64,000 nucleotides of DNA, from positions 6,588 through 70,587 of the IMG/VR virus record IMGVR_UViG_3300028887_000114; one strand, written 5' to 3'. The position numbers and the translations under genes were made by a program. Position 1 is the first letter of the stretch. Each line of letters begins with the position of its first letter. The notes under the pieces are model-generated. The model made no database searches. It saw nothing but the letters and a program-made list of their open reading frames with translations, and was not told the origin of the DNA. Source of the DNA: a virus. Its lineage: Duplodnaviria; Caudoviricetes. Of the stretch, positions 45,646 through 54,750 are shown piece after piece.

Positions 45646-47382
45646 ATGACTTTTAATGAAGCAAAACAGCTATTAAAATCAAGAAATGTATATTTTATCA
45701 AGGAAAGCGAAACATTTGGCACTTTGGAAGAATATAAGGCTAAATTAAGCGACTTGTGGGCAGATAACTATTCCAGCGATGATCCAGATGAAGCATCATT
45801 TGATGAAATGCTTGCAATCGATCCAGATGCAGAAGAATTGGTAAAAAGCTATTTTGAGAGAGATCTTGACCCTACTGAAGCGGTTGAAGAATTATATAAT
45901 ACATTGAATTCTACACCAGATAATACAGAAGATTATGGTGAAGTTTCTGAAGAAGATAATCTTGACGCATTAGATTTAGATGATAATGTTTCTTATGATG
46001 AAGCAGATTTAGAAAATTTCGATGAAGATAATTTTGATGCAACCAATTTTATTGAAAATGACCTTTCGCCAGAAGAAGAATTGAATTTTGACGAGGCAGT
46101 TAAGTATTTAAAGCAACATGGTTATACACTTAACGAAGATGCACAGTTACTTTTGGAAGATTGGTATGATAATATTGGATTAACCAATGAAGATAAGACA
46201 TTCGTTAAAAGAATAATTCAGGGCTTTGATTCATATAAAGTTAAGCCGAAGGTAATTAACGGCCATCGTATTAAAGGTGGTTACATGTTACCGAATACTC
46301 GTTCGTACTACTACCGTTCATTAGAGCGTGTTTTACAACTTGCACAAGAACATCATGCAAGTGGTCGTACTATAACATCTATTCAAAATAGATTAAACCT
46401 TATGACTGACCAGAACTGGTATCAGTTTATTAGAGAAAATAACCCAGATCTTGATCCAGATGATATTCCGCATCTTTTCGGTACTGCAGTAGCTGGTGAA
46501 GCTGATGATACTACTCCAGAAGAAGCTGCACAGCGAGCAGAAGAAGAACGTGCAGAAGAATTACGTCGTGAAGAAGCAGAACGTCGTGCTCGTGAAGAAG
46601 CAGAACGTGCTGAACGTGAACGTCAGCGTCGTGAAAATCCGGAACCAGAAGACTTGATTTCTGATGAAGAATTTGAAGAAACACCGGAAACAATTACGAC
46701 TCGCCCAGTTACTCGTCACCGCATGAGAACTGTTAACAGAAACTTTACTGACCATTATTCTTATCCGAAGAGTGTAATTAAGATTAATATCGATGTTACT
46801 GATGATGAAGAATCTAAGAATGACGTTGATGAAATTATTTCTGCAATCAAGGATAAGTTACGTATTGCATTCGAAGACGATGAAGGTAAGTTTGCAATGT
46901 GTAAAGTTGATGCAGCAGTTGTCGATGTTGAAGAAGACGGTCAAGCAAAGCAAGAATATCATGTTGTTATTAGCATGCCTGCAGAAATTAAGGCGGAAAT
47001 CAGCAGATTTGCTCAGCGTGAACTTGAAGACGCATTCCCGTTCGTTAACTCTGAACATCCAGAAGATTCTGTTTATGAATTCGATAATACTGGAAACCGT
47101 AATGAAATCGATGACGAAACTTACGAATATAATGAACCAGTTGTTCAGCCGGCACGTAGAAGACCACAAACAACAGTTACCCGTCGTGTTAACAGAATAC
47201 CACGCTGGAGAGTTTACTATAAGGTCGCTGATGAAAACGGTCGTCCGACAAATAGAATCAAAGCTGTTATTGTTCCTGCAGCAACTGAAGCTGATGCTAA
47301 AAACAAGGTTGAAAACCCAGAAGACATCGATAGCGCATACGCTACAAACGTCGCTCAGGTAATTAGAGCTGAAAGAATATAA
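45646..47382 (+). CDS. acidic late protein with two copies of the family leader motif
   Basis: ATG at 45646 (GAGAGG RBS); MTFNEAKQLLKSRNVYFIKE; internal LNFDEAVKYLKQHGYTLNE; E/R single alpha-helix stretch. Confidence 0.75.
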   Translation: MTFNEAKQLLKSRNVYFIKESETFGTLEEYKAKLSDLWADNYSSDDPDEASFDEMLAIDPDAEELVKSYFERDLDPTEAVEELYNTLNSTPDNTEDYGEVSEEDNLDALDLDDNVSYDEADLENFDEDNFDATNFIENDLSPEEELNFDEAVKYLKQHGYTLNEDAQLLLEDWYDNIGLTNEDKTFVKRIIQGFDSYKVKPKVINGHRIKGGYMLPNTRSYYYRSLERVLQLAQEHHASGRTITSIQNRLNLMTDQNWYQFIRENNPDLDPDDIPHLFGTAVAGEADDTTPEEAAQRAEEERAEELRREEAERRAREEAERAERERQRRENPEPEDLISDEEFEETPETITTRPVTRHRMRTVNRNFTDHYSYPKSVIKINIDVTDDEESKNDVDEIISAIKDKLRIAFEDDEGKFAMCKVDAAVVDVEEDGQAKQEYHVVISMPAEIKAEISRFAQRELEDAFPFVNSEHPEDSVYEFDNTGNRNEIDDETYEYNEPVVQPARRRPQTTVTRRVNRIPRWRVYYKVADENGRPTNRIKAVIVPAATEADAKNKVENPEDIDSAYATNVAQVIRAERI

Positions 47383-47433
47383 TTAATCTCAATTAATATA
47401 AGAAAGGCGGCAAATTAATTGCCGTCTTTTTTA

Positions 47434-48756
47434 TTAATATGTTTTAGCAAATGCCATATAACCTAAGTAAGCGTTATAAATGTCATTTACATGTGCTAGT
47501 TCCAAAGGCGAATGCATATTCAGAATAGGAACACCAGCATCAAGAACATTAATATTCAGTTCACAAACCATGCTTGCGATTGTTCCGCCACCGCCAACAT
47601 CAACCTTGCCAAGACTATCAAACTGATACTTGATACCTGCATCCTTCATAATCCTTCTAACATAAGCGATAAATTCAGGATTTGCGTCAGCACCGCCAGA
47701 CTTACCACGACCTCCGTTATACTTGGAGAACATGATACCACCATTTAACTTAGCAGAAGACTTCTTATCATAAGCATCTGCATAAAGCGGGTCATAAGCT
47801 GCAGTAACATCAGAAGAAAGCATACCAGAACGTGCAAGAATTGTTGCAAATTCAACTTCATCCTTAGGTCTTGTCATACAACGCAATACATCTTCAAACC
47901 ATCTTGATTTTGCTCCTGTAGCGCAGCAAGAACCAATTTCTTCCTTATCTACTAATACAACACCTGCTGTAACATCTGGGGTCTCTGTGAGGTCCAGAAT
48001 GGCCATTAATGACGTATATGCACAAACTCTATCGTCTTGACCGTAACCAGCAACCAAAGATTTATCAAAACCAGAATATCTAGCTCTTCCAGCTGGGACA
48101 ATTTCAAGTTCAGAAGAAACTAAATCTTCTTCTTCAATATTATACTTTTCCTTAAGGAACTTCAAAACCCATTCCTTAACCTTCTTCTTATCTTTATCTT
48201 CAGTTTCAAGTTCTGTTGTTGCTACGAGAATATCAAGCTTTTCACCATTAATAAAGTCACTTGCCTTCTTTTCTGCAAGCTTTTTATCAAGATGCGGAAG
48301 AAGGTCACAAATACAGAAAATCGGGTCATCTGGATCTTCACCAATAGAAATATTAACTTTACCACCATCAATAAGACAAACAACGCCATGGATTGCAAGC
48401 GGAGTAGTTGTCCACTGATACTTTTTAATACCGCCATAATATTGCGTATCAAAATAAGCAATTCCATCGCTTTCATATAATGGCTTCTGTTTAACATCAA
48501 TTCTAGGTGCATCAATATGTGCGCCAAGAATATTTACTGCATTATTTGCTTTACCGACAATAAATGCAGCAAAATTTTTATTTTTATTTTTAAAATAAAA
48601 TTTATTGCCTGGTAATAAAATACCGTCGTCATGTTTATATGGTCTAAAACCTGCCTTAATTGCAAGTTTTTCGGCTTCATCAACGCAAATACGTTCAGTC
48701 TTTGCAGTGGAAATAAAATCAATATAATTTTTAATAAAAGTTTCTTGTGTAGTCAT
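47434..48756 (-). CDS. M18 family (aspartyl) aminopeptidase
   Basis: 'GAHIDAPR', 'YYGGIKKYQW', 'GQDDR', 'DKEEIGS', 'SSDV', 'MHSP'. Confidence 0.92.
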   Translation of the reverse strand: MTTQETFIKNYIDFISTAKTERICVDEAEKLAIKAGFRPYKHDDGILLPGNKFYFKNKNKNFAAFIVGKANNAVNILGAHIDAPRIDVKQKPLYESDGIAYFDTQYYGGIKKYQWTTTPLAIHGVVCLIDGGKVNISIGEDPDDPIFCICDLLPHLDKKLAEKKASDFINGEKLDILVATTELETEDKDKKKVKEWVLKFLKEKYNIEEEDLVSSELEIVPAGRARYSGFDKSLVAGYGQDDRVCAYTSLMAILDLTETPDVTAGVVLVDKEEIGSCCATGAKSRWFEDVLRCMTRPKDEVEFATILARSGMLSSDVTAAYDPLYADAYDKKSSAKLNGGIMFSKYNGGRGKSGGADANPEFIAYVRRIMKDAGIKYQFDSLGKVDVGGGGTIASMVCELNINVLDAGVPILNMHSPLELAHVNDIYNAYLGYMAFAKTY

Positions 48757-48822
48757 AGTAATATTAAATATAAAAAAATAACGGGTTTTGTAAACCCGTT
48801 ATGATTAATTTGTTGAAAATTA

Positions 48823-50067
48823 TTATGCGTTGTCCTTGAAGTCCTTAGCAAAGTTTTCAAACAATGCAGTAAGATGTTCTTCAGTCAAACCAAGCTTAAA
48901 TACTGGCTTATAAGTATCATAGAATTCCTGAAGCGTATGTGCATTAAATGGCTTATCGGTATCAGTCTTATAATGAGTATTCAAACGTGTCATTGCGGTT
49001 CTGCAGATATTGCTGACAACAGACGAACTTGGAGAACCAACTGCATCGCCGATAACACCACCGTTTCTGAAAATTCTTGGATTGTCGCTAAAGTATTTCT
49101 TGACAATTTCCTTAACTTTCAATGCATAACTAGAACCATTACGTAATGGAATTTGAATGGTTGTTGGAATTTCATTTTCGATGAGTGCAGTAACTTCTTC
49201 AGAAATGCGACGTGCGTCAGAGCTTAAGAATGCACGGCATTCTTCGACACTTGGCAATGTTTCCATTTGAGCATTATTTCTGAAAAAGTCAAGAACTGTT
49301 GTATTAACACTAGCCCAGTTTGTTTCGATATTGTTTGCTAACAATAGCTTTGCATTTTCTGGTTCTTCCTGAATGAACAATGCAAGCTTATATGCAAGTT
49401 CTTCAGACATCTTTGGCTTTTCTTCTGCAGAAAGATTTGGATTTCTAATAACGTGACACAAGTCAAACCACTGGTCAGCCAATGCATATTTAGAACTCTT
49501 ATATTCTTCTTGCGGCATAGTCCAACGAAGAATATCACGTTTGATGTTCTTATAAGTCTTGGCACCGAATCTATCCAAAGCTTCTTCTGGATTATGCTGG
49601 AACCAATCAATAAACTCAGCAAGGTTCAACTGGTCATAAGCGTCTTGTGCACTTGTATATTGCTTAGTGGTTTTATGACGGAATGCCATACCCTTATCAT
49701 AATAATTTCTATCAATATCGTCCTTATTACGTTCAACTGTTCTTTCAATTCTTGCGAAAAGCTTATGATATGAACTTGCGTTAAACTTACGAACAAGCTC
49801 ACTCCAAGAAATGCTACTTAAATCAATGTCGAGTCTATCATTGATTAAAGCAACATAGTTATCCCAATCAAAACTATTCTGAATAATATAGTTTTTCAAT
49901 GAAGCTTTTTGACGATCTGTTTGACCTTTATCAGCAATTAATTCATTAAGTGCCTTATCAGTAAGATAAAATTGTTTCTTTTCAGGTGAAAGTTTGTCGT
50001 AAATACGACGATATGCATTCTTTGCCATTTCAGTAATATATCTTCTTCTATTAGAGAACAAGCTCAT
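48823..50067 (-). CDS. late hypothetical protein (candidate internal head protein)
   Basis: Late promoter at 50095-50102; N-terminus MSLFSNRRRYITE. Confidence 0.7.
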   Translation of the reverse strand: MSLFSNRRRYITEMAKNAYRRIYDKLSPEKKQFYLTDKALNELIADKGQTDRQKASLKNYIIQNSFDWDNYVALINDRLDIDLSSISWSELVRKFNASSYHKLFARIERTVERNKDDIDRNYYDKGMAFRHKTTKQYTSAQDAYDQLNLAEFIDWFQHNPEEALDRFGAKTYKNIKRDILRWTMPQEEYKSSKYALADQWFDLCHVIRNPNLSAEEKPKMSEELAYKLALFIQEEPENAKLLLANNIETNWASVNTTVLDFFRNNAQMETLPSVEECRAFLSSDARRISEEVTALIENEIPTTIQIPLRNGSSYALKVKEIVKKYFSDNPRIFRNGGVIGDAVGSPSSSVVSNICRTAMTRLNTHYKTDTDKPFNAHTLQEFYDTYKPVFKLGLTEEHLTALFENFAKDFKDNA

Positions 50068-50153
50068 ATAATCTCCTTGTAATTTACTTTATATTATTTA
50101 TAATAAAAAATGAGAGAAATAATCCCTCATTTATTATAAAAAATACAGAAGTA

Positions 50154-50345
50154 TTAGAGATTATCAGCTATAATTTCTTCTGATTTTTCTTCTAGTTTGC
50201 GTTCTGCCTCAACTGCTTGAATTTTTTGATCAGTAACTACATCTGTGTCAAATCTGTCAATATGCATAATTGCACGTTTAAGTTCTTCTACAGGGAAATT
50301 AGAAATCATTTCACCCAATTGAGGTTTTGTCTTTTCGTTATCCAT
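50154..50345 (-). CDS. small hypothetical protein
   Basis: 63-aa ORF after nadD-Nudix. Confidence 0.55.
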   Translation of the reverse strand: MDNEKTKPQLGEMISNFPVEELKRAIMHIDRFDTDVVTDQKIQAVEAERKLEEKSEEIIADNL

Positions 50346-50357
50346 ATTAATTATTTA

Positions 50358-51464
50358 TTACTGTTTTAAAGCATCTTCGATAATTGTGCCATGATGGAAA
50401 CCAAGTTTTGGCAAATTATCAAGCTTAAACCAGCCTACATCTGCAGCATCGTCACCAGCAATAACTTTTTTCTTATCCTTGCCAGGAACATGAACAACAA
50501 ATGCAGTATCAATAATACGAAGTCGCGGATCAAACATATGGCTATATGTTTTAATCTGACTAAACTTTTCTACTGGAATATTAAGACCAGCTTCTTCTCT
50601 AAATTCTCTTTGTGCTGCATGTTCAAGATCAGCATCTGGTTTTTCCATCAAACCAGTTTCCTTATTTTTAAATGCAGAATGATTAAAGAATCCACCAGGA
50701 GTACACCAGTGACCCATGAAAGGCGGTTTCTTTCTACGAATCAAAAGAACTTCATCACCAGAAATTGCACAAATATCTACAGTATTTGCAAATGCGCCCC
50801 AACCCTGCTTCTTGTAGTTTTCAACCCATTTCTTTTCCAAATCTGCATAATTGGTCGGATTCTGGTTATACAAACAAGTAGAAACAATTTCATTCTTTGC
50901 ATTAAGTGTTCCTTCATGCTTAATGACATTGAAAACTACTTTGCTAATATATTTCTGAACATCCTTATAATGGCAATCCGGATTAGTTCTAAATATTTCT
51001 CTAACAGCACTGCTAGAAACATCCCAGTTTTTAACATTATTAACAACTGTGCAATTTGCTTGCTTATATGCAATTTCCTCAGTTCCTCTTGCAAAAACAA
51101 GGAAATTATAAGTAGTCAATAAACGATTACTGTATAACCATTTACCTGCCACAAGGCTTCGCCATTCATCGTCACCCATAACAATAGTAATATCCTTAGG
51201 GTCATATTGTCTATACTTAACCCAAAGATATTCATGCATTCTATTTGTCTGAATGTCAATATCATATTTAACATTCTTAGATGCTAATGCAGCAGTAACC
51301 ATTTGCTTACGAAATTCTACTGGGGTGCGATTAGTCTTTTCATCATTATCTGTAACAAGAATATGAAGCTTATCACCTGCTCTCATCTTTTTCTTGACAG
51401 TCTTAATGATTTCTTCATGTCCATGCGTAAACGGATCAAACCAGCTTCCAAAAATATAATGCAT
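50358..51464 (-). CDS. nadD: bifunctional nicotinate-mononucleotide adenylyltransferase / ADP-ribose pyrophosphatase (Nudix)
   Basis: 'FGSWFDPFTHGH', 'MGDDEW..L..W', 'VSSSAVR'; C-terminal 'PGGF...AQREFREEAGL', 'DPR', 'AGDDA'. Confidence 0.85.
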   Translation of the reverse strand: MHYIFGSWFDPFTHGHEEIIKTVKKKMRAGDKLHILVTDNDEKTNRTPVEFRKQMVTAALASKNVKYDIDIQTNRMHEYLWVKYRQYDPKDITIVMGDDEWRSLVAGKWLYSNRLLTTYNFLVFARGTEEIAYKQANCTVVNNVKNWDVSSSAVREIFRTNPDCHYKDVQKYISKVVFNVIKHEGTLNAKNEIVSTCLYNQNPTNYADLEKKWVENYKKQGWGAFANTVDICAISGDEVLLIRRKKPPFMGHWCTPGGFFNHSAFKNKETGLMEKPDADLEHAAQREFREEAGLNIPVEKFSQIKTYSHMFDPRLRIIDTAFVVHVPGKDKKKVIAGDDAADVGWFKLDNLPKLGFHHGTIIEDALKQ

Positions 51465-51502
51465 AAATTATTCCTTTTTTATTAAATATAGCAAAACAAC
51501 TG

Positions 51503-52582
51503 TTAGTTGTCAGCCCTAACAATCGTTTCGCCTGGATAGTCAGCAAACTGTGCCTTCATGCGGTCAATCGTTTCCATTGGAACATTATGAATAGAACCGA
51601 AATCGTTTGCCATGCGGAAAACTGAAACGTTATATCCATGTGCTGCAGCTTCGTTTAAATAAGGATTTAACTCCTTACGCTTTACGAAAGTATTAGAAAC
51701 AATGACAAAAGAATCGTCACCCTTTAACGCATTGAATACATCATCGAAGCACTTGCTATGAGCAACGCCCAATAATGCAGGATTGAACTTATATTCACCT
51801 GCTTCGTTAATCCAGAAATTATCAGATTCAAAATGGCTAGCCTTGTGTCCTTGGGACTGCAAGTCAGCAAGCAACTTCTTTGCAAAAGTAGACTTGCCAG
51901 AACCTGGAATACCACGAACAATGACTAATGTCTTACCATCGTCCTTTGGTTGTAACTCATGGATTCTTACTGGTCTATAATAAGATTCCCAGTTAACGTT
52001 ATTTTGCACTAATTCTACTCCTTTATAATTGCACTTTGTTGTCTGTGCAAATTCATGTGTATGACCATGAACAAGATAAGTAATGAATGTTCCTTCAGAA
52101 TCATAATGATTTAATGCTGAATCATCAGAATCCTTATATGCCTTATCATTTGTGTCATTATAAGTATAATGTTGCAAAAGATAATTTACACCATTATGTG
52201 TTAATAAGATATGGTTATCATGAACTAAAGTAATTTTTGGAAATTCATCAAGAACCTTTAATAATTTCTTGAAAATATCGTGGTCATGATTTCCCATTAA
52301 CCAATACATATGTTTGAAATGCAACTTGGCATAATACTCTCTAAACAAATCAACTAACTTGCTTCCTGGAGTTCCAAGTGTAAAATCGCCAAGGAAGAAA
52401 ACTGTAGTCTCGTCGTCAACTACATCATTCCATTGTTTCTCAATATCTGCGTTCATTTCATCGATTGTTGCATACTTTCTTGTTCTATCGAAGTGGTCTT
52501 CGTAGCTAGTACATAACTTACGATGGTTTAAATGTAAATCGCTTGTAAAGACAATCTTATTGTCATCTAATGTTATTCTCAT
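51503..52582 (-). CDS. calcineurin-like phosphoesterase fused to AAA_33 P-loop kinase (PNKP-like)
   Basis: 'FTSDLHLNH', 'LGDF', 'MGNHD', 'HGHTH'; 'RGIPGSGKST', 'VSNTF', 'HNVP'. Confidence 0.88.
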   Translation of the reverse strand: MRITLDDNKIVFTSDLHLNHRKLCTSYEDHFDRTRKYATIDEMNADIEKQWNDVVDDETTVFFLGDFTLGTPGSKLVDLFREYYAKLHFKHMYWLMGNHDHDIFKKLLKVLDEFPKITLVHDNHILLTHNGVNYLLQHYTYNDTNDKAYKDSDDSALNHYDSEGTFITYLVHGHTHEFAQTTKCNYKGVELVQNNVNWESYYRPVRIHELQPKDDGKTLVIVRGIPGSGKSTFAKKLLADLQSQGHKASHFESDNFWINEAGEYKFNPALLGVAHSKCFDDVFNALKGDDSFVIVSNTFVKRKELNPYLNEAAAHGYNVSVFRMANDFGSIHNVPMETIDRMKAQFADYPGETIVRADN

Positions 52583-52671
52583 ATTACTCCTTTAAATTTT
52601 TTGTTTAAATATAGAAAAAAGGGACAAGCTAGAAGCTGGTCCCTTAAAAAGTTTTGAACTTTTATTATTTT

Positions 52672-54615
52672 TTACTTTTCGACTGTAGAGAACAAATCGA
52701 TTAAAGTGTCCTTGCTTAACTGGGTTAAATCAAGTGCAACTTCAGTCTTTTCGTCACCATCTTCAACGAAAGTGAAACCTGCCTTTTCAAGAATAGGCTT
52801 CAAGTCCACGAAGGAACGACACTTATTCTTGAGATTTTCAATGTATACCTGGGCATACTTCTGGTTAGGTACACGACCGCCGCCTTGAGTAAGATCCATG
52901 AGATAAACTCTATTATCGACGATCAATGCACACTGCTTGTCACGTTCACCATCAACTGGAATAATGAATTCTGCCTTGATGTTGTTCGGATCACACATCG
53001 GGCAAGGCTTACCGCCATAAGAACCATAACCACGATCCTTCATGTTGGAACGATTTTCACGTGCAACAAAGAACTTGAACTGTGACTTGGAAGCACCAGA
53101 GAATTGAGATACAGATACCTTACCATCTGGGCATTCCTTACTGATATAGAACAATTCAGTAGCTTCCGGTTCGGCATTTGTCATGTCACCCGAGAAGATA
53201 ATCTGATTTCTTCCATCAGTATAACCAGCATTCCAACCATAACTATTACCATCAATATCAGCCAAATGGAGGTCGAAGTCTCGAGTTCCCCATTCGTTAC
53301 GCCAATAGATACCAATGACGTTATGATCTTCGCCCATGTCAACGGAAGTACCGAACGGATAGTTTCCAATAAAGTTCTTTTCCGAAGTCGGGACTGTTAA
53401 GTTGACGTTCTTTGGATAACGGACCGCACAGGCCTTACCCTTAATTGATTGGACAATGGAATCTTCAAGCATGCCATAAACTCTCATGAGATAAGAGTTC
53501 ATGCCCTGAGAAACCTTAGGTGCGTCTTCACGAACCCACATCTTACCATTTCTGATTACATACATCTTTCCTGATGCATTCTGAATCTTTGCAAGAATAC
53601 CTTGCATAAGTGTAATCTTCTTGAAATTGGTAATTTTGTCCTTTGCAAGACGATTTGCAACCTCAGTAAGAGACTTTTCTTCAGTGAGGATGGTTTCCCA
53701 AAAGCCCGGTGTAAATGGCTTATGTGCCTTAACTGCCAAACGTCTAATATGGTTAATAACAGAGGCATTAGTAGGACAGCTGGTAACCGCAGCCTTGAGC
53801 TTAGAAGCAGCCTTACGGAATGCTTCATTCTTGAAAACCTTTGCAGAACCCTGATCTGCAGTATGCTTGAATGCAAGGAACAACGGCTTGAATCTGTAGA
53901 AAACAGAAGCCAAAATATTACATTCAGTTTCAGAAAGACGAGTAAAGTCTACCTTTTCTGTGTTTTCCTTAATAGTCTGAATGGTGCGGCGATCCTTGAT
54001 AAGCATTGCCTTTCCAGTTGCCTTGAAAACAAAGTAACGGAGCATATTAAACGGATCAGTACCGAAAATGTTGGTAGTGTCCATGAGCATAATGATAGCT
54101 TCTTTGTTCTTAATTGAATCAATATTCAATCCGTACTTTGTATAGCGGTCTTCCTTAACGATATAATCGATAAGAATATTAAGAGTTTCAGATTCAAGTG
54201 CAATACCTGATTGAAGCATCTTAATACAACGGTTGTAGATTTCTTCTTCAGTCGCTGGCATAATAACCTTAAACGACTGATACGGAATTTCTACATCAGC
54301 CTCCTGGTTAGGAACATAGCCCTGGCCTGCAGTAAAACCAGTGCCATATGTGGTGGCGTAATGAATAAGTTGATCAACCAAGAGTTCGAAACGAGTCTTG
54401 GATGTAATGTCTTCCCACTTTGCATAGAAGGTCTTATTATAATTGGTTCTTGCTTCAGCCTTGATCCAAGCCAAAGTAGTCTTGGAACAACAATCAGGAT
54501 GAACAATCCAACCATACTTAGCGGATTCTGCATTGACCTTTTCAAATGAAAGCTTTTCATCATCAGATGCCTTAGGCGCGACATTAAACATTGTAATCAA
54601 CTTAAGATTAATCAT
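52672..54615 (-). CDS. 647-aa conserved protein with probable TerD-like C-terminal region
   Basis: 'GIYW...RDFDLH...GWN...FSGDMTNA.PEATE' resembles TerD-type stress domains (from recall). Confidence 0.45.
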   Translation of the reverse strand: MINLKLITMFNVAPKASDDEKLSFEKVNAESAKYGWIVHPDCCSKTTLAWIKAEARTNYNKTFYAKWEDITSKTRFELLVDQLIHYATTYGTGFTAGQGYVPNQEADVEIPYQSFKVIMPATEEEIYNRCIKMLQSGIALESETLNILIDYIVKEDRYTKYGLNIDSIKNKEAIIMLMDTTNIFGTDPFNMLRYFVFKATGKAMLIKDRRTIQTIKENTEKVDFTRLSETECNILASVFYRFKPLFLAFKHTADQGSAKVFKNEAFRKAASKLKAAVTSCPTNASVINHIRRLAVKAHKPFTPGFWETILTEEKSLTEVANRLAKDKITNFKKITLMQGILAKIQNASGKMYVIRNGKMWVREDAPKVSQGMNSYLMRVYGMLEDSIVQSIKGKACAVRYPKNVNLTVPTSEKNFIGNYPFGTSVDMGEDHNVIGIYWRNEWGTRDFDLHLADIDGNSYGWNAGYTDGRNQIIFSGDMTNAEPEATELFYISKECPDGKVSVSQFSGASKSQFKFFVARENRSNMKDRGYGSYGGKPCPMCDPNNIKAEFIIPVDGERDKQCALIVDNRVYLMDLTQGGGRVPNQKYAQVYIENLKNKCRSFVDLKPILEKAGFTFVEDGDEKTEVALDLTQLSKDTLIDLFSTVEK

Positions 54616-54644
54616 ATAAATTCCTTATTTGTGTTGTTAAAAAA

Positions 54645-54747
54645 TCGCTATCGCGAAAAGTAGATATTGCCTAAAAAATTATTCATCTATAGGAACTTTC
54701 TTTGCGATAGCGAGATTAAATATAGTAAATTATTTTACTCTTGTAAA
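54645..54747 (-). promoter_or_regulatory. sigma70 promoter plus structured 5' UTR
   Basis: Promoter at 54719-54747; perfect 10-bp stem TCGCTATCGC (54645-54654) / GCGATAGCGA (54703-54712) starting at the predicted TSS. Confidence 0.65.
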
Positions 54748-54750
54748 CCC

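Noticed and set aside
50358-51464. Calling this gene the NARP1 Adps or the NARP2 pair
   Set aside because: No PRPP-synthetase-like (Adps) domain, and the phosphoribosyltransferase carries PncB motifs alongside PncA and NadE, indicating the deamidated route
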